From positions 6,910 to 70,909 of the forward strand of contig JAJPHW010000138.1 of assembly GCA_021325035.1 (NCBI GenBank): a DNA stretch of 64,000 bases. Direction: 5' to 3'. Made by a program: the position numbers and the translations under genes. Numbering within the stretch: the stretch's first letter is position 1; each line of letters opens with the position of its first letter. Below, in pieces: positions 34,530 through 44,086 of the stretch. The DNA is from Terriglobia bacterium. GTDB lineage: Bacteria; Acidobacteriota; Terriglobia; Terriglobales; Acidobacteriaceae. The notes beneath the pieces were generated by a model, which searched no databases, was not told the origin of the DNA, and saw only the letters and a program-made list of their open reading frames with translations.

Positions 34530-36323
34530 TTATGGTTTCGGCTTCCGCACTGATGCCTCGGGACGCGGATAAGCCAGCGAATTGCTGATTTCAAAAATTT
34601 CGTCGGCGGCGAAATCGGGGAAGGGCAACTTCCCTGCCGCGCGCCAATCACGTACTTTCTTTTCCGCTTCCGCGGCCTTCTCTTTATTCAATCCCGTGTC
34701 CTGACCGAGGTACACAGTCTGCGAGGGGAAGGCGAAACCGGTGCCGGAAGCTTCAACAATATCCATGATCCAAAGAAGAAGGTCTTCTTGAATAGCAGCA
34801 AAATCCGGGGTTTTCGTGGCGAGAATGAAGCAATTGATCTCGAGCGTCAAAGCGCTGGCGTCGAAAGAAACAAAGCGAATGCGCGCGCCATCGGTTTCCA
34901 CTTTCGGATGCTCATAGAGCAAGCGGCGAATCTCCGCCAGCACGTAACGCAGTTGATCGGCAGAAGTTTCGCAGCGCAGGCCCAGTTTCGCATTGAACAA
35001 CATTTTGTCGCGCCGGGAGAGGTTCTCAATGTTGGCTGTTGCGAGCGTCCCGTTGGGGATGGAAAGCTCGGTGCGATCAAGCGTGCGCAGCCGGGTTGAG
35101 CGGAGGCTGATGTCTTCCACCGTCCCCTGGCGGTCACCGACCTTGATCATGTCCCCGACGCGAATGACTTCATCGCCAAGGATGGAAACTCCACCGAAAA
35201 GATTTTCCAATGTTTTTTGCGCGGCAAAAGCCACGGCGATACCGCCGATGCCGAGTCCGGCAAGCGCGGTGCTCATATTGAAGCCCATCGTGCTGAGAAT
35301 GGCGAGAACCGCCACAACAAAGATGGCCGCCTTGAGCATGCGCTCGCCCAGGAGCATAAGCGAACCGGTGCCGGTACGTCCGGCATAGATTGCGCGCTGG
35401 CGTACACGGCGGAGAATCTGCTGCAAAATCCGCCACAACAACCAGCTTGCTCCGGCGATGAAGACCACGCTGGCCGTGATCAGGTAATAGTGCCGGGGCA
35501 GCAACTGCAACCGCAGACGCGCAATAATGAACGCGTGCGTCCAGGTGCTCAGCACCAGCCAAAGCGGCTTCATAATTGCGGGCCAGACTGCGGAACCTTT
35601 CTGTTTGCGGATGTGCAACCAAAAATATCTTGGAATTTCGCACAGGCGGGTCAGGACCCATCCGATTCCCGCCGCGATCGGAATGGCTAGAAAGATGGCA
35701 ATCCACTGCCAAAGGGCCAGACCGGAAAGTTCATGTCCCACCAAAAAATTCGGCAGTTTGGTTTCAACCTGATGAATTTCAAGCTGATCGTAGAGTTCGG
35801 GAACTTTGGCGAGAGTTTCCTCGGAAAAGAGCCAGATTTTCAGGCCATCCACGTCAGTGACGCGAACCAAAGTTAAATTGGCCTCGACATCGCCGGCGGC
35901 GAGTACGCCGAGTTCCTGGCGTCCGGGCGCAACGCCCTCCTGCGGATTTCCATCGGGCGAACTGCTGATGCGGCGCACGCTGCCCTTGTAGGCCTCATCC
36001 AGAACATCCTTTAACTGGGTTGCGAGTTCTTCAATCTGGGCCTGCGGAAGGCGCTTGCCGGCAGGCATTTGGAGGTATTGCGCGGCCACGGCGTTGTTAT
36101 GAGCTTGCGCGGCCTGAAGGAAACCAAAAACGGTCCCGCTGGGGGTATCGCGGCCCAGAGGATCTTGCGGAGCTTGCGGACTTGCGGTGGCCTGGGGATT
36201 GGTGAGTTGCTGAAGAAGCTGCGCGGAAGCGTTTGGCAAGAACGCGAAAACAAGGGCAACGTATAAGGCAATCCGGCCCAAAACCGCTTTTTGCGAGCGC
36301 ATCTTCATAGACGTAGCAAGCAT
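34530..36323 (-). CDS. Mechanosensitive ion channel family protein (MscS-like with large N-terminal periplasmic region)
   Basis: 597-aa ORF with a signal peptide and several TM helices. MscS core seen: LENLFGGVSILGDEVIRVGDMIKVGDRQGTVEDISLRSTRLRT. Confidence 0.85.
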   Translation of the reverse strand: MLATSMKMRSQKAVLGRIALYVALVFAFLPNASAQLLQQLTNPQATASPQAPQDPLGRDTPSGTVFGFLQAAQAHNNAVAAQYLQMPAGKRLPQAQIEELATQLKDVLDEAYKGSVRRISSSPDGNPQEGVAPGRQELGVLAAGDVEANLTLVRVTDVDGLKIWLFSEETLAKVPELYDQLEIHQVETKLPNFLVGHELSGLALWQWIAIFLAIPIAAGIGWVLTRLCEIPRYFWLHIRKQKGSAVWPAIMKPLWLVLSTWTHAFIIARLRLQLLPRHYYLITASVVFIAGASWLLWRILQQILRRVRQRAIYAGRTGTGSLMLLGERMLKAAIFVVAVLAILSTMGFNMSTALAGLGIGGIAVAFAAQKTLENLFGGVSILGDEVIRVGDMIKVGDRQGTVEDISLRSTRLRTLDRTELSIPNGTLATANIENLSRRDKMLFNAKLGLRCETSADQLRYVLAEIRRLLYEHPKVETDGARIRFVSFDASALTLEINCFILATKTPDFAAIQEDLLLWIMDIVEASGTGFAFPSQTVYLGQDTGLNKEKAAEAEKKVRDWRAAGKLPFPDFAADEIFEISNSLAYPRPEASVRKPKP

Positions 36324-36371
36324 AGACTTTCATCCACGCTCAAGCGATTTATTGTATCGAATGATGACTCC

Positions 36372-37796
36372 CTAACGTTTTTTAGGACGATAGATGTCGG
36401 TGGCCGTTCCAAAGAACACTTCCGCGGAAAACATGACTGTTTCCGACAACGTCGGGTGCGGATGGATGGTCAGAGCCAAGTCTTTCGCGCACGCGCCCAT
36501 CTCGATCGCCAGGACTCCCTCGGCGATGAGTTCTCCGGCGCCCGCGCCGACGATTCCGACACCAAGTACGCGTTCGGTTTTTGGATCGATGATGAGCTTG
36601 GTCATACCTTCGGTGCGATCGAGCGTGAGAGCACGTCCGGATGCAGCCCACGGAAAGCGCGCGACGGTGATTTCGCGATTGTCTTTTTGCGCCTGGGTTT
36701 CAGTGAGACCAGCCCATGCGATTTCGGGATCGGTAAAGACTACCGCTGGAATCGCGTTGGGCTCGAAAGCGACTTTGTGTCCGGCAATCGCTTCGATGGC
36801 GGTTCTACCTTCGTGCGAAGCTTTATGCGCCAGCATAGGCTCACCAGCAACATCGCCAATGGCGTAGATGGCTGGATCATCGGTCTGACGCTGGGCATTG
36901 ATTTTGATAAATCCCTTTGCGTCGGCCTGAACCTGTGTCTTATCGAGGCCGGGGATTTCAGAGTTCGGCTTGCGCCCAACGGAGACGAGAACTTTATCGA
37001 ATACGAGCTCTTTTTCTTTGACGTCGGGGCCATCGAAAGTGACGCAGATGCCGTTGGCTTCTTCTTTGACTCCGGCGACGGTGGTGTTTAACAGAATTGA
37101 ATCGAATATTTTTTCTAGGCGTTTGTGCAGCGGAAGCACGAGATCGCGGTCGGCACCGGGAAGAAGCCCGGGAAGCATTTCGACCACGGAAACTTTGGAG
37201 CCGAGCGCGGCATAGACGGTGCCAAGTTCGAGCCCGATGTAGCCGCCTCCGATGACCAACAGAGATCCAGGAACGTCGCTTAGATCGAGAGCGGATGTGG
37301 AGTCGAGCATCCGCGGCGTATTGAGCTTGAGGCTGGGAATAATCACAGGCCGCGAGCCGGTGGCAAGAACGATGCGGTCGAAACTGAGTGATTCGGCGCT
37401 GCCGTCATTTTTCGTGATGCGGAGCGTGGTCGAGTTTTCGAATCCAGCAGTGCCTTGAAAATAGGTGACTTTGCGTTGCTTGGAGAGCTGGCCAAGGCCT
37501 CCGGTTAACTTTTTTACGACGCCTTCTTTCCACGAGCGCAGTTGGGCAAGATCAATTTTCGGATCGGCGAATTCGACTCCCCAATTCTTGGCGTGGCGCG
37601 ATTCATCAATTAATTTGGCGACGTGAAGTAAAGCTTTGGAGGGGATGCAGCCGCGATAGAGGCAGACGCCGCCGGGATTAAGCTCAGGGTCAATGAGCGT
37701 GACATTCATGCCGAGGTCGGCCGCGAGAAATGCGGCAGCGTAACCGCCGGGGCCGGCACCGACAACTGCAATGCGCAAATTAGAAGATTCAGTCAT
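36372..37796 (-). CDS. lpdA: Dihydrolipoyl dehydrogenase (E3)
   Basis: 474-aa ORF with the FAD motif VVGAGPGGY, the redox disulfide GGVCLYRGCIPSK and C-terminal HPHPTLSE. Confidence 0.92.
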   Translation of the reverse strand: MTESSNLRIAVVGAGPGGYAAAFLAADLGMNVTLIDPELNPGGVCLYRGCIPSKALLHVAKLIDESRHAKNWGVEFADPKIDLAQLRSWKEGVVKKLTGGLGQLSKQRKVTYFQGTAGFENSTTLRITKNDGSAESLSFDRIVLATGSRPVIIPSLKLNTPRMLDSTSALDLSDVPGSLLVIGGGYIGLELGTVYAALGSKVSVVEMLPGLLPGADRDLVLPLHKRLEKIFDSILLNTTVAGVKEEANGICVTFDGPDVKEKELVFDKVLVSVGRKPNSEIPGLDKTQVQADAKGFIKINAQRQTDDPAIYAIGDVAGEPMLAHKASHEGRTAIEAIAGHKVAFEPNAIPAVVFTDPEIAWAGLTETQAQKDNREITVARFPWAASGRALTLDRTEGMTKLIIDPKTERVLGVGIVGAGAGELIAEGVLAIEMGACAKDLALTIHPHPTLSETVMFSAEVFFGTATDIYRPKKR

Positions 37797-37889
37797 TGTT
37801 TTCGCTCACCGCAGAGAACGCCAAGTACGCGGAGAAACCTGGAATTTGAAATCTGTCTCTGTGTACTCTGCGCGCTCGGCGGTTGAATT

Positions 37890-39632
37890 TTATCCCTGTA
37901 CTGACAATAAGAATGGCTGTTCAAAGGCTTCGGCGATCCAGCGCAGGAAGCGGGCCGCGTCAGCGCCGTCAATCAAGCGATGATCGTAGGAGAGCGAAAG
38001 CGGCAGCACGCGGCGCGCTTCGAACTTTCCATTCATCCAGACCGGCTCCATGCTGGAGCGCGAGAGGCCAAGAATCGCCACTTCAGGATGGTTCACAATC
38101 GGCGAAAAGCCGGTCCCGCCGATGCCGCCAAGATTGGTAATCGTGAATGTCCCGCCTTCCATGTCGGCTGGCTGAAGTTTTTTCTCTTTGGCTTTTTTCG
38201 ACATCTGGGTCAGTTCGGCAGCAAGTTCGACGATGTTCTTTTTGTCCACGTCGCGAATCACAGGAACGAGGAGGCCGCGATCGGTATCGACGGCGACGCC
38301 GATGTTGATGTACTGCTTGTAAACAACTTCTTCTTTCCCAATGTCAATACTGGCATTGAATTGCGGGAAAACTTTCAGGGCGGAGGCGCAGACTTTTAGC
38401 GCGATCGCCGTCACCGTCATCTTGCCGCCAGCTTCTTCAGCTTTGGGAGCGAAGCGGGCGCGAAGCTGCTCGAGTTCGGTGATATCGGCTTTGTCCTGCT
38501 GCGTGACGTGGGGAATGGTGTTCCAGGCTTCGCGGAGGTGCTCGGCGGTCTTTCGGCGAACGCCGCGCATGGCGACGCGCTCAATTTTTCCCCACTTGGA
38601 GAAATCGGGGAGCGCGGGCTCGGCGAAATGCGTGGCAGATGGGGCTGCTGCGGCGGCGAGCAATGATTTTGCAAAGAGCTTTACGTCATCTTCGCTGATG
38701 CGGCCGCCCGGGCCAGAGCCGGTTACTTGATGGATATCAACCCCGATTTCCCTCGCCAATCTTCGAACGGAGGGCGCGGCAGGTACGGGTTCACCGTGTT
38801 CGGTGCCGGCAACTTTTCCAAGTTGCGGAGGCATGCTGAAAGAGGGGAGCGATGCCGAAGGAGCATCGGGTTTAAAAACTTCCTCTTCAGTTTTTCCTTC
38901 CGCCTGAACCGCCATCTGGTAGGCAAGCCTCGCGCTATGCTGCCCGGAAACGTGTTCCACCGGAAGATGCTTTGGTTTTTCAGGCGCGGCAGATGCACCG
39001 CCTTCCAGAGTAAAGATCACCTGGCCAACTTTGACTTTTTCTCCAGCTTTGACGCGGATGTCTTTTACGGTACCGCTGACAGACGAGGGCACTTCGATGA
39101 CGGCTTTGTCGGTTTCCAGCTCCATCACCGGCTGGCCTTCGGAAACTTTGGCTCCGGGTGCAATCATCAGGCGGACTAAATCGCCTTGGTGGATGTTCTC
39201 GCCGAGCTCGGGAAGGCGGAACTCCGAGGGGCCGAATGAAGATGAAACCGCCGGCGATGTTGGCACCGTCGAGGAAGAGGCTGCCGCGGCCCTGGCCTCT
39301 TCTTTTTGAGGCACAACTTCTGTTTTTTGAGGTGCAACTTGCGGCACGGCTGCAGGAGCAGGGACGGGTTTTGCCGCAGGCTCAGCTTTCGCGCCTGAGC
39401 CATTTTCTACGGTGAAAATGACCTGGCCGACCTTGACTTTCTCGCCTTCTTTGACGCGGATATCTTTGACTTTCCCGGAAATCGAAGAAGGCACTTCGAC
39501 GACGGCCTTGTCCGTTTCCAGTTCCATCACCGGCTGCCCCTCGGCGATGCTCGCGCCGGGAGAAATCAGCAAGCGCACGAGATCTCCCTGATGAATGTTT
39601 TCGCCAAGTTCCGGTAGCTTAAAATCTGTCAC
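37890..39632 (-). CDS. aceF: Dihydrolipoyllysine-residue acetyltransferase (PDH E2) with two lipoyl domains
   Basis: 580-aa ORF with a GTG start after AGGAGAA. It has two lipoyl domains (ELETDKAV[VI]EVPSS), a PSBD (PSVRRLAREIGVDIHQVTGSGPGGRI) and the catalytic DHRLIDG. Confidence 0.92.
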   Translation of the reverse strand: MTDFKLPELGENIHQGDLVRLLISPGASIAEGQPVMELETDKAVVEVPSSISGKVKDIRVKEGEKVKVGQVIFTVENGSGAKAEPAAKPVPAPAAVPQVAPQKTEVVPQKEEARAAAASSSTVPTSPAVSSSFGPSEFRLPELGENIHQGDLVRLMIAPGAKVSEGQPVMELETDKAVIEVPSSVSGTVKDIRVKAGEKVKVGQVIFTLEGGASAAPEKPKHLPVEHVSGQHSARLAYQMAVQAEGKTEEEVFKPDAPSASLPSFSMPPQLGKVAGTEHGEPVPAAPSVRRLAREIGVDIHQVTGSGPGGRISEDDVKLFAKSLLAAAAAPSATHFAEPALPDFSKWGKIERVAMRGVRRKTAEHLREAWNTIPHVTQQDKADITELEQLRARFAPKAEEAGGKMTVTAIALKVCASALKVFPQFNASIDIGKEEVVYKQYINIGVAVDTDRGLLVPVIRDVDKKNIVELAAELTQMSKKAKEKKLQPADMEGGTFTITNLGGIGGTGFSPIVNHPEVAILGLSRSSMEPVWMNGKFEARRVLPLSLSYDHRLIDGADAARFLRWIAEAFEQPFLLSVQG

Positions 39633-39693
39633 CTAACGTTCTCCTGAATCTGTGCTTCGGCGGACGAAGCGGTTATGCAACAGTAAAACCCGG

Positions 39694-41226
39694 TTAGCTG
39701 ATGGCCGGGTTTGGTTTCTCTGGGTTGATGTCGAGGTCTTTCAACGCTTTTTGCACGACATCCACGCCGATCTGTTTTTCCCGCGCCAACGCACTCAAAG
39801 TGGCCAGCACAATGTGCTTGGCATCCACTTCAAAGAAGTCGCGGAGCGAAGCGCGGTTTTCGCTGCGGCCAAATCCATCCGTGCCGAGCGAAACCAGCTT
39901 TCCCGGCACCCATTGTCCGATGGATTCCGGCAGCACCTTCATGTAGTCGGAGGCGGCGATAAAAACGCCCGGCGCATCCTTTAAGGCTTGCGTGACATAG
40001 GGCACGCGCGGCACGGAACCGGGATGCAGCATGTTCCAGCGCTCGCAGTCATTGCCGTCGCGATAGAGTTCCTTGTAGCTGGTCACGCTCCAAACGTCGG
40101 CCGCGACGCCATATTTTTCTTCCAGAATCTGCTGCGCCTTGAGCACTTCGTACATGATGGTTCCGCTGCCGAAGAGTTGCGCGCGAAGCTTCGAGTCTTT
40201 CTTGCTTGAAGCCTTAAAACGGTAGAGGCCTTTCAGAATCCCCTCGCGCACACCGGGAGTGGATGGCATTTCCGGCATGGGCAATGGCTCGTTAGTGATG
40301 GTCAGGTAATAGAAGATATCTTCCTGATCGACGTACATCCGCCTGATGCCATCCTGAATGATGATGGCAAGTTCATAAGCAAACGAAGGATCGAAGGCCA
40401 ACAAGTTCGGCACGGGCAGTGCCAGAACATGGCTGTGGCCATCCTGATGTTGCAAACCTTCGCCGGCAAGGGTGGTGCGGCCAGCGGTGCCGCCCATCAG
40501 GAACCCGCGAGTGCGCATATCGGCGGCGGCCCAGATGAAGTCGCCGATCCGCTGGAAGCCGAACATCGAGTAATAAATAAAGAAAGGAATCGTGTTGATG
40601 CCGTGATTGGCAGCAGCCGTACCAGCGGCGATGAAAGAACACATCGAACCGGCTTCGGTGATGCCTTCTTCCAAAATCTGGCCGTCTTTTGCCTCTTTGT
40701 AATAAAGAAGCGTGTCCATATCCACGGGCTCGTAAAGCTGGCCGACGCTCGAGTAGATGCCGACCTGACGGAACAAAGCCTCCATGCCAAAGGTCCGGGC
40801 TTCGTCAGGAATAATCGGAACAATCAGTTTGCCGATTTCGGGGTCGCGCAATAATTTCGCGAGCATGCGCACAAAGACCATCGTGGTCGAAACTTCGCGG
40901 CCGTCGGTGCCTTTATAAAATTCTTCAAAGTGCGATTCGGAGATGGGGGCAAGCGGCTTGGCGCGCATTTTCCGCGTCGGCATATAACCGCCGAGTTGCT
41001 TGCGCCGCTGCTGCATGTACTCGATTTCCGGGCTGTCGTCGGCCGGACGGTAAAAGGGCGCATCGTGCAATTGCTCGTCGTGAATGGGAATGCCGAAGCG
41101 CGAGCGGAAAGTCGCCAATTCGGCCTCATTCAGTTTCTTTTGCTGGTGGGTGATGTTCTTGCCTTCGCCAGCTTCGCCGAGGCCATAACCTTTAATGGTT
41201 TTGGCGAGGATGATGGTGGGCGCCCC
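39694..41226 (-). CDS. aceE: Pyruvate dehydrogenase E1 (homodimeric AceE type), part downstream of an in-frame TAA
   Basis: Same reading frame as 41227..42375. Translation continues [31 protein letters not shown]... immediately after the stop. The track ORF (474 aa) begins only at a TTG at 41118. Confidence 0.8.
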   Translation of the reverse strand, partial: [510 protein letters not shown]

Positions 41227-42375
41227 TTAGTGATCCACAGCCGAACGGTAGGCCGCATGAACTTTGATGGGATCGTGCCCACCCAGCCGCAAACGTGCCA
41301 GTTGTTCGTCGGAAAGATGCTCGACCATCTTGAGCAGGCGAGGATCACTTCCGAAAAGATTGTGCCGGAAGTATGCTCCGCTCTCGACGAAGTATTTCTG
41401 ATATTGCCCGTCGCTAATTTCCCCGAGACGTTTGACCAGTAGGCCGTCGCGGTCGTTTTGGATGAGCGTATCCCAATCGCCGCCCCAAACAACCTTAATG
41501 ACATTCCATCCAGCGCCACGGAAAATGGCTTCCAGTTCCTGAATAATCTTGCCATTACCCCGGACCGGGCCATCCAGTCGCTGCAAGTTGCAGTTCACAA
41601 CAAAAATCAGATTGTCGAGCTTTTCCCGGGAAGCAAGAGTAATGGAACCGAGCGCTTCGGGCTCATCCATTTCGCCGTCGCCCATGAAAGCCCATACTTT
41701 GCCGCCGGTCGAAGTCTTGAGGCCGCGGTTTTCCAGATAACGGATGAAACGTGCATGATAGATCGCTTGAATGGGACCGAGTCCCATGGAAACGGTGGGA
41801 AATTCCCAGAAATCCGGCATCAGCCAAGGGTGAGGATACGAAGATAGGCCGCCCTCCGGTTTTAGTTCGCGGCGGAAGTTGTGCAATTTTTCAATGCCAA
41901 GCCGCCCTTCCAAATAGGCCCGGGCATAGATTCCGGGCGCGGCATGACCCTGAAAATAAACGACATCGCGATCGCCAGCTTCGGTTTGCGCACGAAAGAA
42001 ATGATTGAAAGCCACTTCATAGAGCGTGGCCGCGGAAGCGAATGTCGAAATGTGTCCACCAATGCCCTCCGTCTTTTTATTGGAGCGGACCACCATGGCC
42101 AGAGCGTTCCATCGAACCAGGCTTTTAATGCGCCGCTCCATATCCTGACTGCCGGGGAACGGAGGCTGCTGGCGCACGGAAATCGTGTTTTGGTAAGGAG
42201 TTGTCGCGGTGAAGGGCAGGTTTACGCCGGCAGAAAGCCGCGCATGCAGCGACAACTGCTGAATCAGGCGCCCCGCGCGTTCAGGGCCACCTTTGGCCAG
42301 CACATAATCCAAAGAATCCAGCCATTCACGCGTTTCAATAACTTCCAGTCCATTTGTCTTCTGCGCCTCAGCCAC
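41227..42375 (-). CDS. aceE: Pyruvate dehydrogenase E1 (AceE type), N-terminal 382 aa ending at a premature in-frame TAA
   Basis: ThDP-binding region GDGEMDEPE...[14 protein letters not shown] is present. It ends ...AYRSAVDH* where full-length AceE proteins continue. Confidence 0.85.
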   Translation of the reverse strand: [382 protein letters not shown]

Positions 42376-42548
42376 GTCTTATTTCTCCGCCTTAGGATGG
42401 GAACTTTTCATGATAATTGACTACGAGGATTTCTGCTGGCACGGAGGGCTAATAAACCCTGTTCATCTCGAAAATTTAAGATTTCCCGCCATGTGATGTC
42501 TCCACGAGGGGAACTGTGGCATCCAACAGACAGGCCCAAGCTTTTTTT

Positions 42549-42564
42549 GAAATAATTATTCTCA
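42549..42564 (+). promoter_or_regulatory. Fur/PerR-box-like AT-rich palindrome upstream of dps
   Basis: GAAATAATTATTCTCA contains the perfect palindrome AATAATTATT. It ends 13 nt before the dps ATG. By my recollection of the 7-1-7 PerR/Fur box (TTATAATNATTATAA) it matches 10 of 14 positions. Confidence 0.3.
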
Positions 42565-42577
42565 TAAGGAGACTCCC

Positions 42578-43171
42578 ATGGCGACAAAAACCGCATCAGG
42601 CAACCACGCAAAAACCGCACAACCTCGCTTACATCAACGTGCCAATGTGATTCAAGAGTTCGGAACGGTGACCCATGCTCTACCGCTGGACTTGGAAGAA
42701 CCTGTTCGTCTGGAGATGACGGAACAACTGAACTTCCTGCTCGCGGACACGATGGCGATTCGCGATCTCTATAAGAAGTCGCACTGGCAGGTGTCAGGGC
42801 CCACTTTTTATCAACTCCATCTTCTTTTCGACAAACATTTCAACGAACAATCTGAGATTGTGGATACCATTGCCGAGCGCATTCAGCTTTTGGGGGGATT
42901 GCCGCTTGCCATGGCCCACGACGTAGCGGAAACAACTCGTGTTGAGCGTCCCCCGAAGGGCCGCGAAGAAGTTCCGGTTCAGATTTCCCGTTTGCTCGAC
43001 GCTCATCAGATTATCATCGGGGCATGCCGACAGTTGGCCAAGCGCGCATCCACGCTGGGCGACGATGGTACGAATGATTTGGCGGTCAGTGATGTTCTGC
43101 GCACCAATGAACTACAAGCGTGGTTTTTGAGTGAACATCTGGTGGATATGCCGCTGGTAAAAGCCGAATAA
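42578..43171 (+). CDS. dps: Dps family DNA-protection/ferritin-like protein
   Basis: 197-aa ORF with AAGGAGA Shine-Dalgarno and the motif LYKKSHWQVSGPTFYQLHLLFDKHFNEQSEIVDTIAERIQLLGG. Confidence 0.9.
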   Translation: MATKTASGNHAKTAQPRLHQRANVIQEFGTVTHALPLDLEEPVRLEMTEQLNFLLADTMAIRDLYKKSHWQVSGPTFYQLHLLFDKHFNEQSEIVDTIAERIQLLGGLPLAMAHDVAETTRVERPPKGREEVPVQISRLLDAHQIIIGACRQLAKRASTLGDDGTNDLAVSDVLRTNELQAWFLSEHLVDMPLVKAE

Positions 43172-43180
43172 CGCTTTGAT

Positions 43181-44086
43181 CTAGCCTTTAAGAACGGCCA
43201 TTACGATCAACACAACCGGCAGGTAGAGAACGGAAGCGTGCAGTAAACGGCTGGCCATTTTACGCGAGGCGGATTCTGACAGCTTGATGGAGTGGTAGAG
43301 CAGGAATCCGCCGGCCAGCACCATGCTCAAGGTATAAGCGGGGCCGCCGCGATCTACGAATGGCAGTAATGTGGTGACGATTAAAGCTACAGTAAAAGCC
43401 ACAATTTCTGCCCGCGTGAACTTGGAATCCAAATCGAAACTCGGCAGCATTTTGTATCCCGCGCGCTCATAGTCTTCGCGGTACATCAGCGCAATTGCCA
43501 GAAAATGCGGGAACTGCCACAAAAACAAGATGGCGAAGAGGTACCAGGCGTGCAGACTAATGCTGGCCGTTGCGCCAGCCCATCCGATGAGCGTGGGCAT
43601 CGCGCCGGGAAAGGCTCCAAGCATGGTGCAAAGCGGAGTCTTGCGCTTCAGCGGCGTGTAAATCAGAAGATAGGACAACAAAGTCGAAACCGCTAACGCG
43701 GAAGCCAGCCGGTTGACCGTCAGCGCCAGGTAAATTCCCCCGGCCAAGCTCAAAGAAACGCCAAAGATAAAAGCTTCCAACGGGCTCACACGCCCCGAAG
43801 GCAGGGGCCGATTGGCGGTGCGGCGCATCTGGCCGTCCCACACGCGCTCCATCCATTGATTTAAAGTCGCGGTGCCGCTGGCCACTAATAACGTGCCGAT
43901 CAGCGTATGCACCAATCCCGCCCATTGGAAACTACCTTTGCCGCCCAAATAGTAGCCGGCCGAGGTGGTCATCAAAATAAGCAGGTTCACTTCCGGCTTG
44001 GTCAGGGTGTAATAATCCCGCAATTTGGTGACAAGCAGAGACGGAAGCGTCACGTTCGGAGGAGCTACTGTTTGAGTAGATGCCAT
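43181..44086 (-). CDS. ctaB: Protohaem IX farnesyltransferase (haem O synthase)
   Basis: 301-aa polytopic UbiA-family ORF with NQWMERVWDGQMRRTANRPLPSG and FLWQFPHFLAIALMYREDY. Confidence 0.9.
   Translation of the reverse strand: MASTQTVAPPNVTLPSLLVTKLRDYYTLTKPEVNLLILMTTSAGYYLGGKGSFQWAGLVHTLIGTLLVASGTATLNQWMERVWDGQMRRTANRPLPSGRVSPLEAFIFGVSLSLAGGIYLALTVNRLASALAVSTLLSYLLIYTPLKRKTPLCTMLGAFPGAMPTLIGWAGATASISLHAWYLFAILFLWQFPHFLAIALMYREDYERAGYKMLPSFDLDSKFTRAEIVAFTVALIVTTLLPFVDRGGPAYTLSMVLAGGFLLYHSIKLSESASRKMASRLLHASVLYLPVVLIVMAVLKG

Noticed and set aside
38990-39632. ~300-nt internal direct repeat in aceF
   Set aside because: It corresponds to the two tandem lipoyl domains normal for PDH E2. It is not a mobile or regulatory repeat.
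41227-41229. The aceE in-frame stop as programmed recoding (selenocysteine or pyrrolysine)
   Set aside because: The codon is TAA, not TGA or TAG. I saw no SECIS-like hairpin immediately downstream, and the aligned position in AceE is an ordinary Lys.
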